64,000 bases of DNA from Malacoraja senta (taxonomy: Eukaryota), in assembly GCA_038087875.1 (NCBI GenBank), contig CM075990.1, positions 15,316,001 to 15,380,000 of the forward strand, in the 5' to 3' direction. Both the position numbers and the translations under genes were made by a program. Positions 24,955 through 38,622 of the stretch are shown piece by piece; the stretch's first letter is position 1, and every line of letters begins with the position of its first letter. Below the pieces are notes generated by a model. It did not search any database, had not been told where the DNA came from, and saw only the letters and a list, made by a program, of their open reading frames with translations.

Positions 24955-25470
24955 ACAGAAAATAGAACTGTACAGTGCAGGAACGGGCCCTTCCACCCAC
25001 GATGTTTAGGCCGTGTGGAATTCACTGCCACAGATGGCTGTGGAGGCCAAGTCAATGGATATTTTTAAGGCACAGATGGATAGATTCTTGATTAATATGG
25101 GTGTCAGGGATTATGGGGAGAAGGTGGGAGAATGGAGTTATGAGGGAAAGGTTGATCAGCTGCGATTGAATGGTGGAGTAGACTTGATGGCCCAAATGGC
25201 CTCATTCTGCTCCTATCACTTATGAACATGGTGCCATGACCAACTCTTATCTGCCTGCAAATAATCAATATCCCTTCAATGCCTGCATATCCATGTGCCT
25301 ATCTGAAAATCTCTTGTGTATCGCTATTGTATCTGCCTCTACCACCTCTCAGTGGCAGAAAAAACTTCCCCCATGTATCTTGAAAGTTTGCCCCTCATAT
25401 CTTAAAGCTATGCCCTCTGGTATTTGATATTTCCATCTTGGGGGGAAAATATTCCGTCCGTCTACCCTAC
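24955..25470. mobile_element. CR1 3' fragments (plus-strand copy 25013-25230 nested in a minus-strand copy)
   Basis: WNSLPQMAVEAKSMDIFKAQMDRFL inside reverse-oriented CR1 3' sequence. Confidence 0.75.
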
Positions 25471-26249
25471 CAAAGCTTCAATGAAGTTTGAGGATGAACT
25501 TTGTCCATGGGGACTGGAGCTAGGTGTGGAAATCCATTTCTGTGCATTGATAACAACAGGCTTCTCAAACAGAAACCAGAGCCGTTTGCAGTAAGCGTAC
25601 AGAGAATATTTCCAGCCCAGGCTCGCTCAGTTTTGGTGCACAGCCAGCAGCGCAAGCAAGCGCACATTCAAGAAAATGTAGGGAAGCCAAGAAACTATTG
25701 GAAGATGGCCCTGCAGACTTGGGTATATGAGGTGGTATGAAATAACCATGTACTCGGGGAAATATGAACCAATCGAGGCCTGCCAACAGGTCATGTTTGA
25801 ATATGCACAAGGAAGACATTTAGACTGGAAAATGTGTTCCACAGTAGAAAGTGGAAAGCTCGACCACAAGTGGTTACAGAAGTCCATGAATTTCCTTAAA
25901 AGGGAATTAGTTGCTTGGAAAAAAGTTGTGTGGAATGTGAATGGGAGGTTGGTTGTGAACTGTTTCTCATGTGCACAAGTGGATCAAATGGCTGGACCAC
26001 TTGATTTCAATTATGGTACCACATGCATCAAGTGAGCTCCCAGGGTGAAGTATGCCAGGGGGAAAAAAAATTATATGATTTGTATTTACATAGTGCTTTT
26101 CACAAAGGAGAATGAATGACACAGACGGTAAAGTGCCTTTGAAATATAGTCACTGTGAAAGTAAAGGAAATACATTTGTGAAAATTTATATCCACAATTC
26201 TTTTACAAACAGCAATCGAATAAATAACCAGATCATGTGTTTTAAGGTG

Positions 26250-26575
26250 ACACTGCAGATGCTGGAATCTTGAGCGAAAAAAACACCAATGAGTATCAGA
26301 GCAACTCAGCGAGTCAGGCAGCATCTGTGGAAGGAATGGATAGGTTGAAGAAGGGTCCCAAACAGACAAGTTGTCTATCCATTCCCTCCACAGATGCTGC
26401 CTGACTGCTAAGTTACTCCAGCATTTTGTGTGTTTGATCATGTTGTATGGATAGGAAAGTTTTAGAGGGATATGGGCATCTTGCAGGCAGGTTGGACTAG
26501 TGTTGATGGGGCATCTTGGTCAGCATGGGCAAGTTAGTCCAAGTGCCTGTTTCTGTTCTGTATGACTCTATGACT
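26250..26575. mobile_element. Penelope-derived palindrome followed by a CR1 3' end
   Basis: actgcagatgctgg...ggcagcatctgtgg / ccacagatgctgcc. Then ggataggaaagttttagagggatatggg...tatgactctatgact. Confidence 0.75.
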
Positions 26576-26825
26576 CCAGCAGTTTTAAAGTGTTGTTTGA
26601 GAAAAAAGATTGGCTAGCAGGCACTCCTGCTCTTCTTCCCATGTGCCATTGGCCTGAGTTGGCCTATATTTAACAGAGACCCTGCCTAAAATCCTGGAGA
26701 CTTAAATGGGCAATTTAAGTTCCCAGGAATGTAGGCATGGTTTATGTTAAATTTACCATCTGGTGGATGGCACTTCCAACCATACTGTTCCAAGTTCTGG
26801 GCTCTTCTGTTACAAATGAGATATT

Positions 26826-27132
26826 AGTTTAGTTCAGTTTAGATTCACGATTCAGCACGGAAACAGGCCCTTCGGCCCATGCCGATCAGCGATCCCCATA
26901 CACTAGCGCTATCCAACGCACTAGAGACAATTTACAATTTTTACCGAAGCCAATTCACCTGCAGAGCTGTACGTCTTTGCAGTGTGGGAGGAAACCGGAG
27001 CACCTGGAGAAAACTCACGTGGTCACGGCGAGAATATACAAGCTCCCTACAGACAGCACCCGTGGTAAGGATCGATCCTGGGTCTCTGGCGCTGTTAGGC
27101 AGCAACCTTACCACTGCACCACTGTGTTGCCC
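26826..27132 (-). mobile_element. HE1-type SINE
   Basis: Reverse complement of the SINE consensus. Confidence 0.88.
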
Positions 27133-27894
27133 TAAGAATGAACCAAATCCATCCCTTGTTATTTAGAATATTAGTGATTTTCATCATCAGGATACAGTTA
27201 AAAGAAATGTTTGGTTTGGCTCTTGTGTCCTCTTCAAATTATAATCTTATGTGATCTCAAATATATCCATTCAAATGTTCTAAGATGTAGCAAATGCAGA
27301 TTTTGGTAGTTAAATCCATATGATGTATCCAGTTTCCAATGAACTATCACAGATGAATTGTACAACCATCAATGGTCTTGGCACAAATAATGATTAGCGA
27401 TGATTATCTTTTTAATTTTGTATACTACAAAACACTAACTAAACTTGGAGCTACGGACTGTCTTTGGTTGCAGTAAGGACTGGTCTTCTTTTCATTAGTA
27501 TTGGGGTTATTAATTTATTGTTTGTTTTTGTTTCTTGTGTAATCTATGAGTTCATAGGCCTTTTATTGTTCCATTCTTGGTACATATGACAATCAAATGC
27601 TCTTGAGTTTTGACTCTTAAATTATAAGAGATAGTGGCAGCATCTTTGCCTTATCCCAGGAAAGAACAAGGGCAACCCAGAGTTTTGCTTGAATCAGTGA
27701 TGTTCGACAACAAACCATGAAAGCAGAACGTTGAGCTCAGTCCATGGACACTCAGAATGGATGATTAATTGATAATGTTCAACTAAGCTGTTCACAGACC
27801 TCCACAGTTGAATAGAAATTATGTCTTGTACCTAATAGAATACTTGGTGTCTCTGTAGCTACATAGCACACATCCAACTCAACTGCAGTTCTGA

Positions 27895-28290
27895 GGGGCC
27901 TGTCCCACTTCGGCGATTTTTTAGGCGGCTGCCGGCGACTGTCATAGTCCTAGCAGGTTGCCGAAAAAACGGCGGCTGGACTAATGGGCCTGTCCCACTT
28001 ATGCGATTTTTTAGGCGACTGTCGGCGACTACGACAATGGAATTCACCAAAGTTAGCACCGACGACAACCTACGACAGCACCTATGTCTGGAGAAGACAA
28101 GCTACGACAAACCCATGGTCGGCGAAAAGTTTTGAACATTTCAAAATCCAGCGGCGACCAGAAAAACGCTACGACTCTTTGGGCGACTGAGGAGACGACT
28201 CACGACCATACAGGCGACACTCAGGCGACCGTGCGGCGACAACCTAGTCGCCGGCAGTCGCCTAAAAAAATTGCCTGTGGGACAGGCCCT
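27895..28290. mobile_element. PIF/Harbinger MITE with duplicated left end
   Basis: TIRs gggcctgtcccactt at 27896 and again at about 27986. Right TIR gtgggacaggccct. Related to 59163-59766. Confidence 0.85.
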
Positions 28291-28704
28291 TCAGTGTTAT
28301 GAATCCCATATTATTTCCTCATGGTACGTTTGAATATTGTGTCTTCAGATCACCAAAATGAAGTCAGACAGGCCACAAATTTTCTTCTGGGTGGAAAAAA
28401 CCCGTGCTCGGATACAAGATGGACAGCAGCCTGTAAATAACTGGCAGAAAATATCTATGTTAATCCTGGCTTGAAAATTGTTGCATGTTTGTGTTTGTAA
28501 TGGAGATGTTGCACAAAAACTATAATAGAAAGCAGAATTGAGCCATGGTGTTATAGTGCAGGGGAAAGTTGAATCGGCTAGATGCAAACCTCGCTGCGGG
28601 TGTTTTTAATTTGCGGTCTTTTCCCTTTCTCATTCATAGTTAGTAGCTCTGCGGGTGTAAGTTTCCACGGGACAGTGGTGATCAGCTGCTAATCAGGATA
28701 TGTC

Positions 28705-29490
28705 GAACATAAAACAATCCAGCACAGGAACAGGCCCTTCAGCCCACAATGTCCATGCTAATTAAACTAAGGTGTAGAAATGAAGTACAGAATCTGGTTT
28801 ATGTCAAAGATAGACACAAAATGCTGGAGTAACTCAGCGGATCAAGCAGCATCTCTGGAGCAAATATATGGGTGACGTTTCGGATCAAAACCCTACAGAA
28901 GGGTCTTGACCCTAAACACCACCGTCCTTTTACTCAAGAGAGGCTGACTGACCTGCCGAGTTACTCCAGCACTTTCTATGTCTCTCTAATTTAAACTAAT
29001 CTCCTCTTCCTAAAGGGCCTGTCCCACTTGGCGATTTTTTTTGGCGACTGCCGGCATCATATCAGTGTGGCCAAAAGATTTTGAACATTTCAAAATCCAG
29101 CGGCAACAAAAAAATGTTGCGACACTTGAAAAAACACCGCGCGTCATACATCAACACGCCGCGACATGCTGCGTCACGCCACATCACGCCGCAAATTTTT
29201 CGGTGACCTGATACGTTAGTCAATGATGACGGCTGTCGGCGAAAAAAATCGCCAAGTGGGACAGGCCCATAACATGATCCATCGCACTTTATTCCCTGCA
29301 TATCCATGTACCTATCTGAAAGCCTCTTAAATGCCACTGTTGCACCTGCCCCACCACCGCCCCAGGCAGCGAATTCCAGGCACCCACCAGTGTCTGTAAA
29401 AAAAGACGCCCCTCCCACCAATAAACTTTTGACCCTCTCAAGTTAAAGCTACACCTTCTAATGCTTGACATTTCCACCTGGGAAAGAAGT
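28705..29490 (-). mobile_element. Old CR1 3' end carrying a Penelope palindrome (about 28770-28985) and a MITE
   Basis: cagcacaggaacaggcccttcagcccaca...aaactaatctc...atccatgtacctatctgaaagcctcttaaatg. Confidence 0.7.
29014..29269. mobile_element. PIF/Harbinger MITE
   Basis: TIR gggcctgtcccacttggcgatttttt. TAA TSD at 29011-29013 and 29270-29272. Confidence 0.9.
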
Positions 29491-29662
29491 TCTGAAGCCA
29501 CAGGGAACTGAGGCGCACCACAGTGTGCTTTGATACTCTGACATGCGTAAAGCAATTTTGAAGCTTTCCTGCTGAGCGAAACCCAAACAACCTGCTTGCC
29601 CCATTGGCATTCCCAATCCAACCTCACTGTCCTCCAACTTCCAGTCTTTCCTTGCTTCTTCA

Positions 29663-29940
29663 TTTAGTTTTAGAGATACTGTGTGGAAACGGTCCCTTCG
29701 GCCCACTCAGTCCGCGCCGGCCTATGATCACCTGTACACTAGTTCTATCCTAGGGACACTGGGGAGAATTTTGCAGAAGCCAATTAACCTACAAACCTGC
29801 AAGTCTTTAGATTGAGGGAGGAAACCGGAGCAACGGAGAAAACCCTCGCTGTCACTGGGAGAATGTACAAACTCCATACAAACAGCACCCGTAGTCAGGA
29901 TCGAACCCGGGTCTCTGACGCTGTGAGACAGCAACTCTGT
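29663..29940 (-). mobile_element. HE1-type SINE
   Basis: Reverse complement of the SINE consensus. Confidence 0.88.
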
Positions 29941-30017
29941 TACCTCTGAGGCAGCAGCTCTATCTCCTCCTGTGCAAACAACCTCCCAAACCTGATGTTG
30001 GTCCAGTTACACATCTT

Positions 30018-30485
30018 AGATACATAGACAACAGGTGCAGGAGTAGAGGCCATTCGGCCCTTTGAGCCAGCACCACCATTCAATGTGATCGTGGCTGATC
30101 ATCCACAATCAGTACCCCGTTCCTGCCTTCTCCCCATATCCCTTGATTCCGCTAGCCTAAAGAGCTTTATCTAACTCTCTTTTGAATACATCCAGTGGAC
30201 CGGCCTCCACTGCCTTCTGAGGCAGAGAATTCCACAAATTCACAACTCTCTGTGTGAAAACGTTTTTCCTCATCTCAGTTCTAAATGGCCTACCCCTTAT
30301 TCTTAAACTGTGGCCCCTGGTTCTGGACTCCCACAATATCGGGAACATGTTTCCTGCATCTAGAGTGTCCAATCCTTTAATAATTTTATATGTTTCTATA
30401 AGATTCCCTCTCATCCTAAGTTCCAGTGAATACAAGCCCAGTCGCTCCATTCTTTCATCATATGACAGTTCCGCCATCCCGGGAA
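30018..30485 (-). mobile_element. CR1 LINE 3' fragment
   Basis: IPGMAELSYDERMERLGLYSLE...FTQRVVNLWNSLPQKAVEA. Confidence 0.92.
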
Positions 30486-30704
30486 TTTTAAATGAACCAG
30501 TCACGTTTGACTGGTTGAGAATACTGAAGCCATGGCCTTAGCCAGGTGTAATGCAGTAAACAGGAAACACAGTTTGCTGAATATATTTGTTATGGTGCAT
30601 CCTGTGGCAGATAATTGGTAAGCTGTGATTTGACGATCATGTTATCCCAAATAAAGCAGATCATATACTGCCATTCATGTGAAGCACTTCTCTTTAAGGC
30701 AACA

Positions 30705-31170
30705 AACATATCCACCTATTACTTGCCTAGATTTGCCCTGCCCCTCCTCTCTTCCAGCTCTCTCCCCCCCCCCCACCCCACCCCACCCCCCATCACAATC
30801 AGTGCGGAGAGGTCCCGAAAAACAACATTGTCCTATTAATGCTCTCGAGAGATACTGCCTGACCCAATGAGTTTCCCCAGCACTTTGCATCTTTTTTTTG
30901 TAAACCAGCATCTGCAGTTCCTTACAAATGCTGTTTGCTTCAAAGAGAAACACGAAATGCTGGAGTAACTCAGCGGGACAGACAGCATGTCTGGATAGAA
31001 GGAATGGATGATGTTTCGGGTCGAGATCCTTCTTCAGACTGAAGAAAGGTCTCGACCCGAAACTTCACCCATTCCATCTATCCAGAGAACCTGTCTGTCC
31101 CGCTGAGTTACTCCAGCATTTTGTGTCTATCTTCGGTGCAAACCAGCATCTGCAGTTCCTTCCTACACAA
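30705..31170. mobile_element. Penelope pLTR fragment plus palindrome (about 30948-31170)
   Basis: Centre cttcagactgaagaaaggtctcgacccgaaac, with inverted arms. Confidence 0.85.
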
Positions 31171-33141
31171 ATGCTATTTGCTGTTCAGTAAACCTGAGAT
31201 CAGATCTCACTTTAATTGCTGTTCAGACTGCAGGTCACCACCTCGACTTGATTATTTTTAGTTGCGTTCATTGAAACATCACAGGTTTAGATTATTTTGC
31301 CCAATAACACATTTCTTACTTATTTTTTTGGCACGATGCACAATTGATGTGTGAGCATCAAGAAATGAGGGCCTGACACGCCACCTTTAAGACGTAAAGT
31401 TGGATAGATGTGCAAATGAATTGATCTACGCAATGCTTCCATCCTGCCCCCACTGGCAAGGTCCTCCATGCATGCAGTGTAAGCCTCTCCTCGCACTAAT
31501 AGTTGCTGCATAACCCCCTGCTTTGTTTCTTGTCCTCTAATGTGTGGAAAACCTCCTGACCGTTGCCTCTGTGAGATATTCATGATTCATTCCTTGTCAC
31601 AAGGGGCATGACAACCATAACCCTGTGTCTTGCTGCTTCACCACCAGGTCTCCCAAGTAAGAGAGCGCCATCCTGTGTGTAAAAGGCTTGTCAGTGGAAA
31701 ACCTGAATTAACCTTAGTACCTAAAATGGATCCCCTGAGAACACTGTAACTGCTTGTGTTAAATATGTATTTGTCTGTCTTTCCAATCTCCCTCTACCTA
31801 TACATCCCTTAACATACATTGTGTACATGTATACCAACATATGCGGTCCCTTCTTTTAGATAGTACCATCTGAAAGCAATTTATTAAATGTTATTTTTGA
31901 AATATGTGTGTAATATTCCCCTTAACCTGATTGTGTGCAAAAGGGAAGATAAGTTAACCTCCTTTGTTGCCACGGTTTGCTGGTTGGGGAGTTAGACTTA
32001 ACTATGCAGCGAGAAGATCCAGGGACAATGATAATAATGCATCCATGGTAAATGATTCTGCCTGTACCTTTTGTTTTCATTCAATGTTTGTTAAAACAAG
32101 GAGCATTATCTAAAATCCAGGTTGTCACAAATATTTGTCACTTGTGTATGAAATCCCCTGTGATGGGTCACATGGGGCGATGTAGCACAGCGCGGATTAA
32201 ATCTGCGATGGAAACGACTTCTACAACTTAAATTACTGTTCTCTTATCTCCGGCTAACAGAGCGACAGAGTACCTTGTTCCACTTTCTGCAGATTGAATA
32301 TATGTCAGTAAAATTAATTTCATTGCCACTTAAATTAGCTCCTCAGTGTGATCTCCTGCTACCCATCAATATATTTCCTTAAGAATTAAATTTTCTTTTT
32401 ACGTCCTTTATTTCAGAATGGAAATTCCCGGTATTGGACATGCTATCAATAACATTTTCTCATTTCATAGAAATTTATAAAGTCGAGAGCACGGTGCAGA
32501 ATAGAGCAATCTTTCACTTTAATAGTCCTATACAGAGATAGCTAAAACTAATCTGATATCTTGTTATTATTTTCAACATGCAGCACTCTCTGTGTGTGGG
32601 GGGAAAGTGCTTTCTTTGAACAGTAAGCGTATGTCTGGTTAGCTTTAATATCAATAGATCCCTCTTTGTAATTAATCTGCGACCTAATATGAACAATTGC
32701 AGATGGATCCTCATCATTGTCTTGCAACATTGAGGGTGTTGAGGGGAGAGTGAGTGTGCTTTTTGCTGATACATCTCTCCTAAGGACAATAGCCCAAGTT
32801 CACATTTCAGTGGTCGGGTTGGTAGCTCAACCAAAATCATTGGAGAGGTGTTTTCTTGGAACCTAATCAGAAGGGTGGTAATCAGCCTGCAGATAGTGGC
32901 AGATTATTTATGCTGTATATGGCAATGACATTGGACATTGAATAAATGAAAGTAAGGTGTATAGGCCAGGTTGTGAGTTACATAGAATTGTAGAGCACAG
33001 TAACAGGCCTTTCGGCCTACAATGTCTGTTGCTGAATGTGATGCCAACTTAAACTAATCTCCTCTGATTACACATGGAAACGATCCCTCCATTCCCTAAA
33101 TATCCATGTGCCTATCCATAAGCCTCTTAAACACATTATTG

Positions 33142-33341
33142 NNNNNNNNNNNNNNNNNNNNNNNNNNNNNNNNNNNNNNNNNNNNNNNNNNNNNNNNNNN
33201 NNNNNNNNNNNNNNNNNNNNNNNNNNNNNNNNNNNNNNNNNNNNNNNNNNNNNNNNNNNNNNNNNNNNNNNNNNNNNNNNNNNNNNNNNNNNNNNNNNNN
33301 NNNNNNNNNNNNNNNNNNNNNNNNNNNNNNNNNNNNNNNNN
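33142..33341. other. Assembly gap (200 N)
   Basis: Run of N. A CR1 fragment (32982-33141, minus strand) is on the left and a Rex/Babar fragment on the right. Confidence 1.
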
Positions 33342-33804
33342 TGGCAACCTGCTCTGTCTCCGACCGGAAAGCACTGCAGAGGGTGGTGAAAATTGCCCAA
33401 CGCATCACCGGTTCCTCACTCCCCACCATTGAGTCTGTCCAAAGCAAGCGTTGTCTGCGAAGGGCGCTCAGCATCGCCAAGGACTGCTCTCACCCCAACC
33501 ACAGACTGTTTACCCTCCTACCATCCGGGAGGCGCTACAGGTCTCTCCGTTGCCGGACCAGCAGGTCCAGGAACAGCTTCTTCCCTGCGGCGGTTACACT
33601 ACTCAACACTGTACCTCGGTGACTGCCAATCACCCCCCCCCCCCCCGGACACTCCTCCCACCAGGATTTATTAGATTAGATTTATTTATTTACTGCTCAT
33701 ATTTATGTCGCTCTTCTAGGGAGATGCTAACTGCATTTCGTTGTCTCTGTACTGTACACTGCACAATGACAATAAAGTTGAATCTGAATCTGAATCTGAA
33801 TCTG
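33342..33804 (+). mobile_element. Rex1/Babar-type LINE 3' end
   Basis: RKALQRVVKIAQRITG..LP...DCSHPNHRLFTLLPSGRRYRSL..RTSR.RNSFFPAAVTLLN, then a 3' end catttcgttg...aatgacaataaa(gaatct)n. Confidence 0.88.
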
Positions 33805-34009
33805 AGGAGGGAGAGATGGATCAGCCATGATTGAATGGTGGAGTAGACTTGATGGGCCGAATGGCCCAATTCTTCTCCTATCACATGAATTTTTGAAGGT
33901 AGGCAAATATAGGTGGGCCTGCTGTTGGAGATCATCACATTCCCTGCTACGGCCCACCTGGCCAAATAGTCTTTGTATCATCTCCAGTGCGGAGGGGTAG
34001 CAAAGTAGC

Positions 34010-34105
34010 AAAGAAGGGTCTCGACCCGAAACGAGTCTGAAGAAGGGTCTCGTCCCAAAACGTCAACTATTCCTTCGCTCCATAGATGCTGCCTCATCCG
34101 CTGGA
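34010..34105 (+). mobile_element. Penelope pLTR fragment with tandem hammerhead-like cores
   Basis: agaagggtctcgacccgaaacg agtctgaagaagggtctcgtcccaaaacgtc. Confidence 0.8.
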
Positions 34106-34121
34106 GGCGGCCAGTTTCTCT

Positions 34122-34376
34122 GTAGACTTTAGAGATACAGCGTGGAAACAAGCTCTTCGGCCCATCAAGTCCGCGCCGACCAAGATCAAACCGTACCCCA
34201 GCACTATCCTGTAATCTAGGGATGATTTACAATTTACGGAAGCCAATTGACCTACAAACCTGTATGTCTTTGGAGTGTTGGAGGAAACCAGAGCACCCGG
34301 AGAAAACCCACGCGGTCACAGGGAGAACATATGAACTCCATGCTGTCAGCACCCATAGTCAGGGTCGAACCCGAGA
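34122..34376 (-). mobile_element. HE1-type SINE (5'-truncated)
   Basis: Reverse complement of the SINE consensus. Confidence 0.85.
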
Positions 34377-34515
34377 CTCTTCTCTCCTCACTCCAGCTCA
34401 TTCACTTACCTGCCAAACATGACCGACAACCTCAAACAATTCATTCAAAAATAATATTTTTCTCCTGTGAAGGAAGGAGCTGGTTTACACCGATGATAGA
34501 CACAAAATGCTAGAG

Positions 34516-34793
34516 CAGGGGTGGGGAACCTGTTCATGTTGGAAGGCCGCATTAAGTTAGCTGTGATCTAATAAGGCCACATCCAAGAAACTTCAATGAG
34601 ATATAGAATTATTTACTTGAATCTTCTTTTACTCTTTGGTATTTTAAGTACGTTCATTTTAAGATTAAAATAAAAATAATAAAAGACGAACAAAAACATA
34701 TTAATAAAAATAAAAGGATTTGTTCTACAAAATTTGGATTCATTCAAAAGGCTGCACTTAATGGCCTAGAACGCTGCAGGTTCCCCACCCCTA
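34516..34793. mobile_element. hAT (Charlie-like) MITE inserted in a Penelope palindrome (about 34467-34940)
   Basis: TIR caggggtggggaacctg / caggttccccacccct. Left target is tgctagag (central TA); the right TSD is imperfect. Confidence 0.75.
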
Positions 34794-35756
34794 TTGATAT
34801 TAGAGTAGCTCAGTTGGGACAGGCAACATCTCTGGAGAGAAGGAATGGGTGGCAAAGGGTCTCGATCCAAAATGTCACCCATTCCTTCTACCCAGAGATG
34901 CTGCCTTTCCCACTGAGTTACTCCTTTGTTTTTCTCCTTTTGTACCCAGCTCATGATCTTTTGAGGATGAATGGGAAGATGAATAAACTGCGCAAAGCTT
35001 GATATTTAATCATCTACTATGGACCTGAACAAGACTTGGTATCTATTTATTGCGCTAGTGGCCTGAGATTGAGCCAAGGCATTAAGGATAAATGTCAATG
35101 ACCATTTTTGAGCAGACTACTTTGATATTCCTTCTCTGTTCAGGAACCATCCAAGACCCCAATCAGGCTTAGACAATAGACAATAGATGCAGGAGTAGGC
35201 CATTCGGCCCTTCGAGCCAGCACCGCTAATGATAATGATACCCATCTAAAGCTCCAAAAGTGAATTGAGGTGGTTTCTTCCACAGTTTGCACTTGCTCCC
35301 TTCTCTGTGGGTTGGCCACTTGAATCTGATTGAGGATTGTGTAGAATTATGGCTAGTGTTAGTACTTAAATACTGCTTGGCATTACTTTGGTTCGTGAAT
35401 GCACTGGATGTGGAGTTGACTGGTGAGGCCAGCGTACAATGGCCATATTTGGTTCCTTTTGTACAGTACAAAGTGCCGGAGGAACTCCAACAGCATCTGT
35501 GATGGGAATGGACCGACAGATGTTTCGAGCCTGGTCCTTTCTTCAGAAGTTCCTCCAAGACCTTGTAGATTCCAGCACCTGCAGTTCCTTGTGTCTCTGG
35601 TTCCTTCAGGAAAGGTTCAGAGAAGAGGAATCAACACCTTGTGGGCCTGATGATGGAAACGGTCTCATGGTTCTGCAAAGCAGGGATTTCCTGGATTGAT
35701 GATAAGGGATGTTTAATAACCAATGGTTTATTTGTGATGAGAAGTGAGAGGGGGAG

Positions 35757-35980
35757 AGTTTGGTTTGGTTTATTGTCATGTGTACCGAGGTACAGTGAAA
35801 AGCTATCAGTCAGCAGAAAGACAATACACGATTACAATCGAGCCATTTACAGTGTATAGATGCAGGATAAGGGAATAACTTTTAGTGCAAGGTAAAGCCA
35901 GTAAAGTCCGATCAAAGTTAGTCCGAGGGTCACCAATGAGGTAGACAGTACTTTAGGACTGCATTCTAGTTGTGGTAGCA
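35757..35980 (-). mobile_element. Rex/Babar-like LINE 3' UTR fragment
   Basis: tttattgtcatgtgtaccgaggtacagtgaaaagct. The same family occurs at about 39230-39430 (+), 53760-53855 (+), 58740-59050 (+) and 61005-61275 (-). Confidence 0.6.
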
Positions 35981-36086
35981 TGTGATATGGCTAATTATGC
36001 CATTGTTTTGTAAGTGAGGCTTAATGCAAGACTTTCTAATTGTATTCGCACATTCCAAAGCCTTCATTTAAACTGTAACGGCAGCA

Positions 36087-36407
36087 GGGTGGTGCTGCAG
36101 TAGAGTTGCTGCCTTACAGCGCTTGCAGCACCAGAGACCTGGGTTCGAACCCGACTACGGATGCTGTCTGCACGGAGTTTGTATGCTCTCCCCTTGACTG
36201 CGTGGGTTTTCTCCGAGATCTTCAGTTTCCTCTCACGCTCCAAAGATGTACAGATATGTAGGTAAATTGTCTTGGCATGAATGTAAATTGTCCCTAGTGT
36301 GTGTGTGTGTAGGATTGTGTTAACGTGCGGGGATCGCTGGTCGGTGCGGACTCGGTGGGCCGAAGCGCCTGTTTCTGCGCTGTATCTCTAAACTAAACTA
36401 CACTAAA
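36087..36407 (+). mobile_element. HE1-type SINE, full length
   Basis: B box ggttcgaaccc and (taaac)n tail. Confidence 0.9.
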
Positions 36408-37194
36408 AGTAACGGGATCCTACTTGTGTACTTGGCCTTTCAAGGCTCGAAATGTAGATTCCAATGGCAGACAGAGTGACATTGTGCTGTATACCCACCG
36501 TAATGAGATTTCCACAATTCAATTCACATGCCTGTTACAAGTGTCTGTGAGCAAGACAGTGTTGGCAAAAGCTTGCAGAGAGCATTGGAGGATGCAGATA
36601 ATAAGCTAGGTATTTAGCCAGACAAAGTTGTCCTTGTCCAGTGCTTTCTGACATTGTTAATCTGGTGCTCTGATGTAGCTCACCCTTCCTCAGTACAAGG
36701 ACCAGATGTAGTGTAAAGTTATGTTCTTTCAGCGCAGTTATTCATCTGCAACCTCTGAACCGCTGTTCCCAAGCGGAATCATTTCAGATGGTAACCAAAT
36801 CAGTTTGCAAAGTTTTCAACATATTTTTGGACCAACAAAGTATTTTGTTTATCTCCTGAATGTTCCAGGCTCCGTTTTTTTTGGAAACAAATACTTTTCA
36901 ATGGGCTGTCAATGGACAGAAAGTAATGTCGTTTTTAAGGGCCTGCTTTAAACCGGAATGAACTGGTTTTTCCGATGCTTTGGACTCGGCAAGGGGTTTA
37001 CGGTGTGTTGCTGCTGAACCTTTCCCTGGAATATTTAATATGTAATATATAGTTTCCTCTGCTCTGAATGCTTTCTTGTCGAGCCAAAATAAAATCATGT
37101 GCATCACAAAATCGTTCATGGTGAATTTAAAATCTGACATTTCACTATTTTATATGTTGTGTGCCCTTCTGAAGGATGTCATTGCAATAGCCGG

Positions 37195-37442
37195 TCCCAG
37201 CATCCTCTCGATCATCAGAACTGCCCCCTCCATCGACTCCTTTAAATCGAGGCTCAAAACCTATTTCTACTCCCTAGCGTCTTTGTGGCCCTCTGAGAGG
37301 GCGCTGTACACAGTTTATGTCTGCATTGTTAGTGTACCACCGCATGTAACACATTAGTATCTGCACTGATGTACAGCACTTTGGTCAACGTGAGTTGTTT
37401 TTAAATGTGCTATACAAATAAAATTGACTGACTGACTGACTG
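37195..37442 (+). mobile_element. L2 LINE 3' end
   Basis: IRTAPSIDSFKSRLKTYFY, then gtacagcactttgg...aaatgtgctatacaaataaa and a (tgac)n tail. Confidence 0.8.
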
Positions 37443-38622
37443 TGTGTGTTATTCACAATCCAGTCTTGGTGTAAGCTGCCTCTCCCCAAATGATGAATTT
37501 TTAAGGATATGTACTTTCCAAACTCCTGCCCCCATTAGAGATTGAAGATCAGGTGCATTGTTCAACCTCACTGGAAGCTTGAGGTGAGCATTAGCAGTTG
37601 CTAAATCTATTGCTCATCAAGTGTTTCCATTACTTAAGCAGCATAAGATTCATCTCATCATGTCACTGATATTGACACATCGTGAGCTGAAAATGTCCGA
37701 CAATTCTCAAGCAGCTCAACTGCATCCAGGATTAAGCAACCCATTTGGTTCGTGCTCCATAGCCACTCAAAACATTCACTCCCACCACCACCACTGTGTG
37801 CATTGCCTGCCGTGTGTCTCGTCCACTATATGCACTGCACTTATGCATCCCTGACAAACACCTCTCTTACCGAGAAGTGCAAGGGCATTAAGAGCAGGAA
37901 CACTCCACCAACTTTACCAAGACACACACTTTTCCTGACTTGGCGAATATATCCCTGGTCTAAATCCTGGACCCATCAGCACTTTGGGAATACCTGCACC
38001 AGAAAATCCCCAGCTATTGAAGTAGTCGTAGTGATACAGCATGGAAACAGGCCCCTTGTTCATGCCGACCAAGTTGGCATTCTGAGCTAGGCCCAATTTC
38101 CTGCTTTTGGCCCATAGCCTTCTGAACCTGTTATTGCCAGATATCTAAAATATGACTTTTAGATGTTGTAATTGAATCCGCTTCTAGAGATACTAGCTCA
38201 CTACCACCCTCTTGTGATGAATTTGGGATGGGCAACAAATACAGGCCTTATCGGAAATGGCCAGAACCCAACAAAGAAATAATTAAAATTAATATATTTT
38301 TGCCTAATCTTCAAGCTTCTTTAAAAAAAATGCTGCGTGTCATTTGGACAACACAGCCGTTTGCAGTGCACTCTTCCAAGAAACTTTTGCAAACCTCAGT
38401 GATAACCATTTGTCCCTGAACGCTGCCCAGTCAAATATTCCGAGAATGGATAATGTACATTTCATCCAATCTGATTGTTAAACTATATCAATTATGCACA
38501 AATATTCATGGCTCAATGAACTAAGTATGAAATATCAGGCAATAGAATTTGATGTTTAATTGGGGAAGTTTAACAACCTAACAGTTACTGTATGTTCATA
38601 TATATATACTTGAGTATTATAC

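Noticed and set aside
25467..26035. Cluster of 66-102 aa ORFs
   Set aside because: No recognisable homology or convincing splice structure.
33068..33480. ORFs containing X runs
   Set aside because: They span the 200-N assembly gap.
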